Assembly (NCBI GenBank): GCA_963805625.1
Contig: CAWDVE010000014.1
Location: 148,299-212,298 of the forward strand
Reading direction: 5' to 3'
From: an uncultured Candidatus Rokubacteria bacterium
GTDB lineage: Bacteria > Methylomirabilota > Methylomirabilia > Rokubacteriales > DASRDR01
DNA length: 64,000 nt
The translations under genes and the position numbers were made by a program. The notes beneath the pieces were generated by a model. It did no database searches, was not told the origin of the DNA, and saw only the letters and a list, made by a program, of their open reading frames with translations. Positions 9,422-19,215 of this stretch are shown in pieces (the first letter of the stretch is position 1; the number at the start of each line of letters is the position of its first letter).

Positions 9422-11080
9422 CTACGCGCCCAGCCGGTCGAAGACGTTACGCGTGATGCGCTCGACGAACATGTCGCCTCCCTGCAGGCCGTACGCCCAT
9501 TCGGTCGAGCCGCAGTTGAAGACCGTCCCCTTGCCCCGGCTGAAGGCGACCATGGCCGCGGTGCCGTACCGGTACTTCTCCAGCCCCGCCGGCGTGACCG
9601 TCCCGTCGAGCTGGCGCACGACCGCCTCCAGGTCCCGCTGGTCCCACATCACGTCGCGCTCGCCGGACGGCCGCTCCCCGAGCGACGCGGGCGCCAGGGC
9701 CAGGATCTCGGTGGTCATGGGCGCGCCGTCGCGGCCGGTCGGGTACGGCAAGCCATGCCGCGTCACGAAGTCGAGCCCATCGCACTCGTAGCCGACGATC
9801 CGGTCCCGGTCGCCGAAGACGTCGCCGTACTCCAGCTGGGTGCCGGCGAACACCCAGTGAGCGGGGCGGTACACCATGTAGCCGCCAGAGGAGCGCGGCA
9901 TGACGTAGCCCAAGCGGTGGTAGCCGCCGCGGGTGAAGGACAGGCCAAAGGTCTGGTTCTCGGGCCGCCCCGTGCGCGGGTTCGACCACATGCCGGTCAG
10001 GTACTTCTCCTGCGCGGTGCCATAGACGGGGTCGAACTCCGGCACGTACTTGTAGCAGACCATGTCCTGGCCGCCGTTCTCCAGCCGCACCTGCCAGAAC
10101 GCGGCGTTGCCGATGAAGAACGCCGCGTGCCCGCCGGCAGCGACGAAGTCGTCCACCACATCGCGCTCCTGCCACGTCCAGTACTCGTCGTGCCCGACCG
10201 TCGTCAGCATGCGGTACCCATCCACTACCCCGGGGTCGCTGTCCAGGTCGCCCTGCACGCAGTAGTCCAGCGCGTAGCCATTGGCTTCCATCCACGGGAC
10301 GAAGATCGACTCCCACGTGTGGAAGCCCGCGAACCGCGTCCAGTGGTGGTAGCCCTGCTGGACGTGGCGTGGGAACGCGTCGACGAGCGGACGCTCGCCG
10401 AAACCCGGGGTACCCGTGTTGGTGTTGCGAATGGTGCTCGGCACCCGGTGCAGCAGGCCGCGCTGCCACGGCCGCTGGAACGACAGCCGGCACGCCACCG
10501 AGCGGTCGTCGCTCGCGTAGAGGCACTTGCCCCCCCAGGCGTTGTAGGCGGCATAGGTGTTGGTGGACAGGACCATCAGGATCTTCGCCACGCGCTTCCG
10601 GGCAGGCGCGCGCACGACGAAGAAGTGGTCCCACTCGAGAGGCTCGCCCTTGGCGTCCTCCGCGCGCAGCGTCACCGCGTAGTAGCCCGACCGCCAGTCC
10701 CTCGGGATCCGGAACGCGAAGCCGTCCGGCCACCCGCAGCCGCGGCCGAACGCCTCGGGCGGCGTCGGATGGAGGGCGCCCCGAATGCCGCTCCGTGTGT
10801 ACACGAGGTCGCGCCCAGCACCGACCCGCGCGATCTCGATCGAGTATCGCGACGCGGAGGTGGAGGTGTGGAACCGCACCTCGTCGCCCGGCAGGTAGCT
10901 CAGCCGGTCCGTGTAGCACCAGAGGCCGCGCTCGCCGGGCCGGGTGAGACGGTCGTTGTCGGTGCCGACCAGCTTGATGATGAGGCTCAGCCGTCCGGGC
11001 GGTGGCATGTAGGACACCGCATCGGCCGGAGGCCGCTGGGCGACCAGCGCCGCGCGCGGGTCACGTTTCCGCTGGGTCAT
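9422..11080 (-). CDS. N,N-dimethylformamidase beta-subunit family protein
   Basis: YTDRLSY, TNTYAAYNAWGG, SFQRPW, GHDEYW, GNAAFWQVR, VGYECDG, VFNCGSTEW. Confidence 0.85.
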   Translation of the reverse strand: MTQRKRDPRAALVAQRPPADAVSYMPPPGRLSLIIKLVGTDNDRLTRPGERGLWCYTDRLSYLPGDEVRFHTSTSASRYSIEIARVGAGRDLVYTRSGIRGALHPTPPEAFGRGCGWPDGFAFRIPRDWRSGYYAVTLRAEDAKGEPLEWDHFFVVRAPARKRVAKILMVLSTNTYAAYNAWGGKCLYASDDRSVACRLSFQRPWQRGLLHRVPSTIRNTNTGTPGFGERPLVDAFPRHVQQGYHHWTRFAGFHTWESIFVPWMEANGYALDYCVQGDLDSDPGVVDGYRMLTTVGHDEYWTWQERDVVDDFVAAGGHAAFFIGNAAFWQVRLENGGQDMVCYKYVPEFDPVYGTAQEKYLTGMWSNPRTGRPENQTFGLSFTRGGYHRLGYVMPRSSGGYMVYRPAHWVFAGTQLEYGDVFGDRDRIVGYECDGLDFVTRHGLPYPTGRDGAPMTTEILALAPASLGERPSGERDVMWDQRDLEAVVRQLDGTVTPAGLEKYRYGTAAMVAFSRGKGTVFNCGSTEWAYGLQGGDMFVERITRNVFDRLGA

Positions 11081-11350
11081 CGCGTGAGCTCCCCGGTCCG
11101 AGGCGTGCACGTCAGGGCGGCGTCCACCGTGGCGCCACCGTCACGTCGCTTCTACTCGGTCATCCGGACCGATGCAAGAGCCTCCGCCGGCGGCGCCGCT
11201 CTCTCCCGCGTCACCGGCCCCTGTCCCGGGCGCCGGCCCGAAGCGTCAGGCACCGCAGGATGCTCGCGACGTCGGCCGGACCATAATCGCGACACGATGC
11301 TTCCGCGCGGCCCACGACATCACCGCATCCCTGGAAGGAAGCCTCACAAG

Positions 11351-11696
11351 GTCGACGCGCCCTTGCGGCCTCGCGTGAAGGTGTGGGTCGTCTTCGCCGA
11401 CCGGCGAAGCTCGGCGACGGCCGGGCCCGCTTCTTCGAGCTGGTCGACGAGCTCGGCTCCATCGGAAGGCCGTCGACCAGATGGGCATGTCCTACCGGGC
11501 GGCGTGGGGGTACATCCGCGAACTGAAGGCCGCCGCCGGATTCGCGTTCCTCACGCGAAAGCCGGGCGGCGGGGGCACGGGCGGCGCGCGCTCGAGCAAG
11601 GAGGGACGAGCCTTCCGGGCTCGGTACCGTCGGTTCCGCGCCTCCCTCGATCAGCTCACGCAGCGTCAATTCGCGCGAACGTTCGGGGAGCCTTGA
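11351..11696 (+). pseudogene. ModE N-terminal-type winged-helix regulator with two frameshifts (possibly assembly indels)
   Basis: Across frames it reads RVKVWV..KLGDGRARFFELVDELGSI..KAVDQMGMSYRAAWGYIRELK..RKPGGGGTGGA. Confidence 0.75.
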
Positions 11697-11712
11697 CTGA
11701 TACTTCTGATGC

Positions 11713-12312
11713 ATGACTGACCGACCTCGGATCTGGCTGGTCCGGCACGGCGAGACGGAGTGGTCACTCAGCGGGCAGCACACGGGGCGCACCGACGTGC
11801 CCCTCACCCCGGCAGGCCGGCGCCAGGCGGAGGCCCTCGGGCGCCATCTGGCCGGGCATTCGTTCGCGCTCGTGCTCACGAGCCCGCTCGGCCGAGCCCG
11901 CGAGACCTGCCGCCTCGCGGGCTACGAGAGCAGCGCGCAGATCACGGATGACCTCCGCGAGTGGGACTACGGCGTCTACGAGGGACGGACGACCGCCGCC
12001 ATCCGAGTCGGGGAGCCCGGCTGGTCGATCTGGAGCCACCCGGTCCCCGAAGGGGAATCCATCGACCAGGTGGGAGCGCGGGCCCGCCGCGTCATCGACC
12101 GGGCTCTCGGTGCGGGCGACGACGTCGCGCTCTTCAGTCATGGCCACCTACTCCGGATCCTCAGTGCTGGCTGGATCGGCCGGCCTCCGACCGACGGCCG
12201 TCTGTTCGCTCTCGCCCCCGCATCCGTCAGCGTTCTCGGCTGGGAGCGCGAGACCCGGGTCATTCAGTCCTGGAACCTGACAGTCCCCCCTGCCCCCGAG
12301 AGCAAGACGTGA
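11713..12312 (+). CDS. Histidine phosphatase (phosphoglycerate mutase-like) family protein
   Basis: LVRHGETEWS, SPLGRARET, EWDYG, SHGH. Confidence 0.92.
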   Translation: MTDRPRIWLVRHGETEWSLSGQHTGRTDVPLTPAGRRQAEALGRHLAGHSFALVLTSPLGRARETCRLAGYESSAQITDDLREWDYGVYEGRTTAAIRVGEPGWSIWSHPVPEGESIDQVGARARRVIDRALGAGDDVALFSHGHLLRILSAGWIGRPPTDGRLFALAPASVSVLGWERETRVIQSWNLTVPPAPESKT

Positions 12313-12360
12313 GACGGACCACCGGACACGCTGGGAGTCGGCCGCCCGGGGCGGCGGCCT

Positions 12361-13617
12361 TCAGGCGGGTTCGCGGCGTGCTGGTCCCTCGTCGATCAGA
12401 TAGCTGAAGCGGGCGACGAACTCCTTCTCGCCGAGCCCGCTCGCCGCGGCGAGGGCCGCCAGTTGCTGCGGGCGCTCGAAGTCCTCGCGCTTGAGGCGGA
12501 TCATGTACGCGTAGAGCGTCCGGTAGGCCTCGGACGACACATCCGCATAGCGGAGCCGTACGCGGCCGGTCCGAGGATCGAGCAGCTCGCGGAAGGGAAC
12601 CGGGACCAGTCGCCCACCCTGGATGGTCACCATCGCCTCGGTGCCGCCGTCGAGGAGGAAGCGGGTCGCCGCGTAGCCGAGACTTCGCGCGTACTGGGTG
12701 TCGTAACCGCCGGGCGGCGCGCAGCGCAGCTCGTAGCCGAGGTCCTTGGCCGCGATGGCGATCTCGATGCCGCGGGCGGCGAGGCTGGCCGACACCCGGT
12801 CCTTGAGGCTGCGCGCGAGCTCCAGATCCGCCAGCCGGACGTTGCCGTAGGTGTCGTAGGACACCGAGCCCACGGTCTCGGGATCGAGCTTCTCCAGGAT
12901 GCCTTCGGCCAGGAGCGCGACCCCGTGCTGGCGTCCGTGGGCGCGCCGCTTGATGATCGCGCCCTCGAGGATGTCCGCGACCTGCGCCAGCGGCACGCGG
13001 GCGCCCGGGAACTCCTCGCCGACCAGCATCAGGGTCGCGCCGGCGGCGCCGCCGATCCCGAGGGTGAGGTGACCCGCATGGCGGCCCATCACGGTCACGA
13101 AGAACCACTTCTCCGTGGTCGCGGCATCCTGCATCAGGTTCCGCACCAGGTCCTTGCCGAGGTTGACCGCGGTCACGAAACCGAAGGTCGGGACGTCGTC
13201 CGGCAACGGCAGGTCGTTGTCGATGGTCTTGGGGACGTGGGCCACGGCGAGCCGCCCCGCGAGCGCCGCCGCGATCTGCGCGCTGGCGAAGGCGGTGTCG
13301 TTCCCGCCGATGGTCACCAGGTAGGAGACCTCCAGCTGGCGGAGGCTCTCGGCCACCCGGCGGAGCGACTCCGCCGACTGCGTCGGGTTCGCGCGCGACG
13401 TGCGGAGGATCGAGCCGCCCTCGAAGTGGATCTGCGACACCTCGTTGATGTCCAGCTCCTGGACGTGCGAGAGGTCGCCGCGCATCAGCCACTTGTAGCC
13501 GTCGAGGAGCCCGACCGCCCGCAGGCCCTGATTGCGGGCCTCGATCGCGGCGGCCGCGATGACCGCATTGATACCCGGAGCCGGCCCGCCACCGACCAGG
13601 ATCGCGAGGGTCTTCAC
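12361..13617 (-). CDS. pfp: 6-phosphofructokinase, probably PPi-dependent
   Basis: GGGPAPGIN, GGNDT (Asp at the specificity position), PKTIDND, MGR, GYELR. Confidence 0.88.
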   Translation of the reverse strand: MKTLAILVGGGPAPGINAVIAAAAIEARNQGLRAVGLLDGYKWLMRGDLSHVQELDINEVSQIHFEGGSILRTSRANPTQSAESLRRVAESLRQLEVSYLVTIGGNDTAFASAQIAAALAGRLAVAHVPKTIDNDLPLPDDVPTFGFVTAVNLGKDLVRNLMQDAATTEKWFFVTVMGRHAGHLTLGIGGAAGATLMLVGEEFPGARVPLAQVADILEGAIIKRRAHGRQHGVALLAEGILEKLDPETVGSVSYDTYGNVRLADLELARSLKDRVSASLAARGIEIAIAAKDLGYELRCAPPGGYDTQYARSLGYAATRFLLDGGTEAMVTIQGGRLVPVPFRELLDPRTGRVRLRYADVSSEAYRTLYAYMIRLKREDFERPQQLAALAAASGLGEKEFVARFSYLIDEGPARREPA

Positions 13618-13656
13618 GAGCGGAGTCTGCCTACCATGTCCGCTGGGCCGCGCCGG

Positions 13657-14682
13657 TCACGCGACGGTGCGCTCCAGGTCGGGGGTGTACTGCCCGCGCC
13701 GGGCGGCGCCGTTCATGCGAGCGCGGTGGTAGAAGGCCTGCTGCCCGGCCGCGACCCGCGTCGGATCCCCCCGCCACGCCCGGATCGCCGATTCCTGGAG
13801 CGCGCGCCCGTAGGAAAAGCTGAGAGCCCACGGATGCGACATCCCGGGCGCGTTCATCGCGTTCAGGTGGGCGGTGGCCCGCTCCTCGCTCTGGCCGCCA
13901 GAGAGGAACACCATGCCCGGCACCGCCGCCGGGACCGCGCGCCTGAGACAGCCGACGGTCGCCGCCGCCACCTCGGGGACGCCGGCCTGGCGAGCGCATT
14001 CCTTGCCGGACAGCACCATGTTCGGCTTGAGGAGCATCCCCTCGAGCGCCACCCCTTGCTTGCGGAGAGTGTGGAACACCGCCTCGAGCGTGGTCTCGGT
14101 CGCCTCGAAGCAGCGCTCGATGGTGTGGTTCCCGTCCATCAGAACCTCGGGCTCGACGATCGGCACCACCCCCGCCTCCTGGCACAGGGCCGCGTAGCGA
14201 GCGAGCGCGTGGGCATTGACCTGAATTGCCCGATCCGTGGGAAGGCCGGGACCGATCGAGATCACCGCGCGCCACTTGGCGAAGCGGGCCCCCAGCGCGG
14301 CGTACTCGGCAAGCCGCTCGCGCAGGCCGTCGAGACCTTCCGTCACCTGCTCTCCGGGCGCGCCCGCGAGCGGCTTCGCGCCCCGGTCGACCTTGATGCC
14401 CGGAATGATCCCCTGGCGCGCGAGGACCTCGACCAGCGGCGTCCCGTCGTCCGCCTTCTGGCGGATCGTCTCGTCGAAGAGGATGACCCCGCTCACGTAC
14501 TCCGCCACCTTCGGCGTGCTGAGGAGCATCTGGCGGTAGCAGCGGCGGGTCTCCTCGGTGTTCGGGATGCCCACAGCCTCGAAGCGGCGGCCGATGCTGG
14601 GATGACTCTCGTCGGCGGCGAGGATGCCTTTACCCGGCGAGACCAGGGCGCGGGCCGTGGCCTCCAGTCTTTCCGCGTTCAT
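13657..14682 (-). CDS. fba: Class I fructose-bisphosphate aldolase (animal/plant-type family)
   Basis: GKGILAADES, FAKWRAV, PIVEPEV, Schiff-base LLKPNMV, FLSGGQS, FSYGRALQ. Confidence 0.95.
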   Translation of the reverse strand: MNAERLEATARALVSPGKGILAADESHPSIGRRFEAVGIPNTEETRRCYRQMLLSTPKVAEYVSGVILFDETIRQKADDGTPLVEVLARQGIIPGIKVDRGAKPLAGAPGEQVTEGLDGLRERLAEYAALGARFAKWRAVISIGPGLPTDRAIQVNAHALARYAALCQEAGVVPIVEPEVLMDGNHTIERCFEATETTLEAVFHTLRKQGVALEGMLLKPNMVLSGKECARQAGVPEVAAATVGCLRRAVPAAVPGMVFLSGGQSEERATAHLNAMNAPGMSHPWALSFSYGRALQESAIRAWRGDPTRVAAGQQAFYHRARMNGAARRGQYTPDLERTVA

Positions 14683-14731
14683 TCCCTTCTCCCCTGCCCG
14701 CGAGCGGCCTCAAGCCGCTCCTGTCCCTCAG

Positions 14732-14795
14732 AAAAAAGAGCCATAGCTGTGCGGCCTTATGAGTTCGACGGCACCGGCACGATAGCCAAAGGCTC
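14732..14795 (-). terminator. Long hairpin plus U6 tract upstream of fba (terminator or attenuator)
   Basis: On the minus strand GAGCCUUUGGCU...AGCUAUGGCUC is followed by UUUUUU. Confidence 0.5.
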
Positions 14796-14855
14796 GACCT
14801 CGGACCACCAGAAGAGATCTCCTTGGCCATGCGACGACCTCTTCCTGGCCCCGCA

Positions 14856-14882
14856 TGTCGATCTCCGGTCGGCCTCTTCGAC
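14856..14882 (+). promoter_or_regulatory. ECF42-type promoter (orphan)
   Basis: TGTCGA-N17-CGAC; flanks nearly identical to the promoter at 29421-29447. Confidence 0.7.
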
Positions 14883-15362
14883 TATACCGTGAGAGACGGT
14901 CGCCGGATCGGCTCAAGAATCGAATGGAGGACAAGTCCCTCCCCTGGTAGCCTCGCCCTGCCCGACCACGGTCGGACGGATCTCGGAGCGCTGGTCGAGT
15001 CGACGCGATCAGCGTTCGGTGTGCCACATGCCCGGTAGCGCTCCGCCGAGCCAGGCGCAGGGGACGGCCGTGAGCGCGAGCGTGATCGGGTACGTCGGGC
15101 TCTCGTCCTCACGAGCGCCTTCCTGATCGTCGAGGTCGTCGGTGGCGTCTGAACGGGCAGTCTCGCGCTACTGGCCGATGCCGGCCACAGGCCGGCATCG
15201 GTGGACTCGTCCTGCCTCTGGCAGCACGGTTCGCCCGAAGGCCGCCAACAGCGGCCAACACCTACGGCTACTGCCGGATGGAGATCCTGGCCGCGCCAGC
15301 CAATGGTGTGGTGCGGTTCAGGAGCACGCGAGTCGGTCAGGACGGGTATCGGCGGGGAACGC

Positions 15363-16178
15363 TCACCTGCCCTGGGGCTCCCACATCAGGATCTCCCCCT
15401 TGCCCAGGCCCGACGTGTCCCCCGTATACCGCTGATAGATTCCGTCTCCCACCTCCGGAGGCATCGGGAATCCGAGCGTCCACAGGTGCCGGGCGTAGAC
15501 GCGCAAGAACGTCGGCCGATACGCGCAGTCGTACGCGAAGGTCGGCAAGAGGTGGATCGGCGTCAGCGAGACGATCGTGCCGCGCGCCATCCAGGCGCCC
15601 GTCCGGATCTCGGCGCCCCCGAGCAGGAAGATCGTGCCGCCCTTCATCTGCAGCCCGGCGAAGTCGCGCACGGGACCGGCGACGGCGATGATGCCGCGCC
15701 TCATGCGCATGCCTACCTCGATGCCCGCCGAGCCCTCGATGAGAATCGTGCCCTGGTTCATCCCCTTCGGACTGCCCCGATAGGCAGCCCCGACCTGCCC
15801 GCCGGCATTCCCGCGAATGCGGATCAGGCCTCCCGTCATCTCGGCGCCCAGCCAGTCCGAGACGTTCCCGGTCACCTCGATGGTGCCGCCCTTCATGGAG
15901 GCACCGAGATGCATGCCGACGTCTCCGACGATGCTGACGCGGCCCCGCGTCATGCCGCGGCCGATCCACTTGACCTTCCCGAGGTCGCCGCGGATCGCGA
16001 GCTCGTCGCTGGCCGCACCCTCGATGTCGAAGAAATCCTCGAGGCGATGCTGCCGCTTCCCCAGGAGCACCGGCAAGCCGCGGATCGCGTCGCGGGTGAG
16101 CCCCGCCGTCACGTCGGGCGAGAGGCTCTCCGCCTCGAGGGGTACGGTCGGCTGCTCCTTCAGCGTGAGCGTGATCAT
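15363..16178 (-). CDS. fwdC: Formylmethanofuran dehydrogenase subunit C
   Basis: PLEAESLSPD, GXGXG beta-helix repeats (GMHLGASMKGG, GAEMTGG, GMRMRRG), C-terminal YTGD..GKGEIL. Confidence 0.95.
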   Translation of the reverse strand: MITLTLKEQPTVPLEAESLSPDVTAGLTRDAIRGLPVLLGKRQHRLEDFFDIEGAASDELAIRGDLGKVKWIGRGMTRGRVSIVGDVGMHLGASMKGGTIEVTGNVSDWLGAEMTGGLIRIRGNAGGQVGAAYRGSPKGMNQGTILIEGSAGIEVGMRMRRGIIAVAGPVRDFAGLQMKGGTIFLLGGAEIRTGAWMARGTIVSLTPIHLLPTFAYDCAYRPTFLRVYARHLWTLGFPMPPEVGDGIYQRYTGDTSGLGKGEILMWEPQGR

Positions 16179-16242
16179 GACCGTCCGGGTCGATCCCCTG
16201 CGGGAGATCGCCGGGTCGATGACGGAGGCATCGGGCGGACCG

Positions 16243-17877
16243 TCAGGCGCGCGCCCGGCACTCGGCGAGCTGCAGGCCGTGGACGCGCTCCGCCTCGACC
16301 GGATAGTTGTCGAACGACATCGTGTAGCACTGCTGGAACACCGGGCGCAGGTACTCCTCGATCTGGGCGTCGTAGGCCGGGTGGACGACGAACTGTCTTC
16401 CCTCGACCACCGCCCTCACCTGACCCTCCTCGACCACGATCTCCCCGCCCTTGATGACGTAGCGCGGCGACTTGAACAGCGCCACGCCCTCGGGTCTCTC
16501 GTGGTAGATCGCCACGTCGGCGTCCGCGCCCACGCCGAGGTGCCCCTTCTGTGAGAGTCCGAGCGCTCGTGCGGGCCCCGCGGACGTGATGGTCACGATC
16601 TCGGAGAGCGTGTACTGGCGGTCCAGATCGGCCAGGACGGTCCGCTTGAGCGCCTTCGGAGGCAGGGTCTTCACCCGCTCCCGGCGGTAGTCCACGTCCA
16701 TCAGGAGCTGGACGATCTCGGAGTAGCGCCAGAACCCGCCCCCGTTGGGATGGTCGGTCGTGAGGAAGATCCGCCACGGGTCGGTGATCAGGAGCAGGAG
16801 CTCGAGGCCCACCGCCCACTGCACGGCGTTGACCAGGCTGCTCTTCTTGTAGACGTACGGCACGATCCCGCAGCCGGTCTCGTTCTCGACGTCGAGGTTG
16901 CCCCACTTGCGTCCGGTGAGCTCGTGGAGCAGGTGCTGCCACGGTCCGTCGGCGGTGATCGTCATGGCCTTCCCGAACAGGATGGCACCGGCGTCGGCGG
17001 TGAGGGCGGGATGCGCGTTGAAGTACTCGGCGATCGTGGCCGTCTCGGAGCGAATCGTGGACCAGTCGTCGCCGCCGTACGCGTGGAACTGGAGATGCGC
17101 CATGTGGGCGCGGCGTCCCTCCAGGATCTTCATGGTCTCGAGGGTCGTCGCGACGTTGCCGGGCATGCCCAGGTTGTTGCAGTGGAGGTGGAGCGGGTGC
17201 GGCAGGCCCAGCTCGTCGATGATGCTCGCGAGGCTGGCGATGATCCGGGCCGGCGTCACCTTCTGGTAGCCTTCCACCGGATCGGAGAGGCTCCTGGCGT
17301 TCTTGCCCCACTTCCAGGCGGCCACGCCGCCGGGGTTGACGGCTTTCACACCGTAGGTCTTCGCCGCCCAGATGAGCCAGGCCACGACGTGACTGGCGCG
17401 CTCGGTCTCCCCGGCCTCGAGGAGGTCCATGACGATCTCGTTGTTCGCCATCAGGAGCAGGCAGGCCTTGTCGACGATCGGCGTGTCGCGGAGCTCCTCG
17501 TGGGTGTGCTTGGCGCTCAGGACCGGGACCGCCGCCTCTGTCACCGTTGTGTAGCCCATCCCCGCGTATAGGTAGCCGGTGGCGAAGGTCGTGGGCATCA
17601 GCCCGCCGAGGCCCATCCGGCGCTCCGGCGTGTGCAGAAACGGCAGGCCCTGGCGTTGGGTTTCCGGGCTCATCGCCCGGGCGAAGTTGAGCGCGGCACC
17701 CGCCACGTGGGTGTGGATGTCGACCCCGCCGGGGAAGACGACCATGCCGGTCGCGTCGATCCTGCGGCCGCCGGGGACGTCGGAAACGATCCGTCCGTCC
17801 GAAATGCAGACATCCCGGACCTCACCGTCGACGTGGTTGGCGGGGTCGTAGACCTTCCCGCCCGTGATGCGCAGCAT
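16243..17877 (-). CDS. fwdA: Formylmethanofuran dehydrogenase subunit A (amidohydrolase)
   Basis: GGVDIHTHVAG, GVKAVNPGG, HLHCNNLG, HLQFHAY, TTDHPNG; binuclear metal ligands intact. Confidence 0.95.
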   Translation of the reverse strand: MLRITGGKVYDPANHVDGEVRDVCISDGRIVSDVPGGRRIDATGMVVFPGGVDIHTHVAGAALNFARAMSPETQRQGLPFLHTPERRMGLGGLMPTTFATGYLYAGMGYTTVTEAAVPVLSAKHTHEELRDTPIVDKACLLLMANNEIVMDLLEAGETERASHVVAWLIWAAKTYGVKAVNPGGVAAWKWGKNARSLSDPVEGYQKVTPARIIASLASIIDELGLPHPLHLHCNNLGMPGNVATTLETMKILEGRRAHMAHLQFHAYGGDDWSTIRSETATIAEYFNAHPALTADAGAILFGKAMTITADGPWQHLLHELTGRKWGNLDVENETGCGIVPYVYKKSSLVNAVQWAVGLELLLLITDPWRIFLTTDHPNGGGFWRYSEIVQLLMDVDYRRERVKTLPPKALKRTVLADLDRQYTLSEIVTITSAGPARALGLSQKGHLGVGADADVAIYHERPEGVALFKSPRYVIKGGEIVVEEGQVRAVVEGRQFVVHPAYDAQIEEYLRPVFQQCYTMSFDNYPVEAERVHGLQLAECRARA

Positions 17878-17883
17878 CGACCT

Positions 17884-19215
17884 CTAGGCCGAGAGCGGTG
17901 TGCCGTTCGAGGCCGGCGTCCAGGGCGGCTTGGCGGCGGCGGCCTGGCGGATGCGGCGAAGGACTTCCTCGTCCGTCGGATACGGCGAGCGCAGCGCCGG
18001 CCGGAGCGGCAGCGGCATCTCGTCCATGCGATACACCGTGCCGGGCGCGCTGATCCCCGTCGCCGCCGTGGTGATGTGCACGCGCGCCAGCCGGCTGGTG
18101 TGGGTCACCTTGGGGTCCAGCACGATCGTCGGAATGCGCTTCAGGTGCTCGATGGCCGGCTGCGGCATCGTGGCCCCGGGATCGGCGCCCAGGATCAGCG
18201 CGGCGTCGTTGTCGCCGCGGACGAGCAGATCCACCGTCGAGAACTCGCCCGGATTGAAGCGCGGGTAGCCGCGCGACAGGTTCACCCCGAACGGATACCC
18301 GGTCGTCCAGCGGATGACCATGTCGGCACCGGTCACGTTGCCGTGACCCCGCATCGGCATGGCCACGAACTTGGTGAAGGCGTTCAGCTCCGTCACCAGG
18401 GTCAGGACCGACGCGGAGTTCATGTGCTTGCCCCGCGTCATCGACAGACCCATGCCGAAGAAGAGCACGCCGAACCGGGCGCGCTTCATCCGGTCGACGA
18501 GGTCCTGCAGCTGCTCGACGGTCACGCCGGTCTCCGCCACGCGCTCGGGGTTCACCGGCCGGCCCTTGAGCAGCGCGAGCAGGGTGGTGACGACCTCGAA
18601 GTCCTTGCCGGGCTGGATCTGGAGGAACATGTCGGCCGCCTGCGCGCTCGGGGTCTCGCGGATGTCCACGAGGACCATCGTCCGGTCCTTGCGGCCCTGC
18701 GGCACGAACTTGCCCTTCTGGGTCAGGGTGTACTTGGTGAAGTGCCGCGGGTGGCATTCCGCCGGGTTGCCGCCCCAGTAGATGATGAAGTCGGCGCGGT
18801 TCTTCACTTCGCCCAGCGTGCACGTCACCTTGCCCCCCAACTGGGCGGCTATCTCAGTGGGACCGTGTCAGAGGGAGGTGTGACTGTCGATCACGCCTCC
18901 GACCAGCTCGGCCAGGCCGACGGCTTCCCGCTGAGCTTCGCAGGTGATGTTGCTGAGCCCGTAGACCAGCGGCATGTGGGCGTCGTAGAGGAAGCTCGCC
19001 GCCGCCTCGACCGCCGCGTCGACCGTGGCCGGCTTCCCGTCGATCAGCGCGTCCGGGAAGAGCCGCTCGGCCGTGTGGTTCTGGAACCAGGCGTCGCCCA
19101 GGCTGCAGGCGTTCTTGCTCTTGACGATCCGGTCACCCTCGGCGTGGAGCTCGATGTCGTCGCACACGCACCCGCAGAAGGTGCACGTCGCGTTCTTCAC
19201 GATGGTGACGGTCAT
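17884..19215 (-). CDS. fwdB: Formylmethanofuran dehydrogenase subunit B, selenocysteine-containing (443 aa, Sec116)
   Basis: ORFs 18868-19215 and 17884-18840 are in the same frame; the TGA at 18868-18870 gives SL-U-HGP at the conserved CHGP W/Mo ligand; N-terminal CTFCGCVCDD Fe-S motif; PMRGHGNV. Confidence 0.92.
18832..18849 (-). promoter_or_regulatory. Candidate bacterial SECIS for fwdB
   Basis: GCCGCCC-AGUU-GGGGGGC hairpin (one G-G mismatch) starting 18 nt after the UGA; unusual codons (ACT, ATA, TTG) for this GC content. Confidence 0.55.

Noticed and set aside
12463-14892. Very long antisense or overlapping ORFs (also 9755-11716, 34628-36619, 48143-50098, 55953-57866)
   Set aside because: Shadow ORFs expected in high-GC DNA opposite well-supported genes; Arg/Pro/Gly-rich with no motifs
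15142-15435. Possible Ftr/FhcD remnant after fwdC (RVSAGN)
   Set aside because: Wrong strand relative to the operon and only a short chance match
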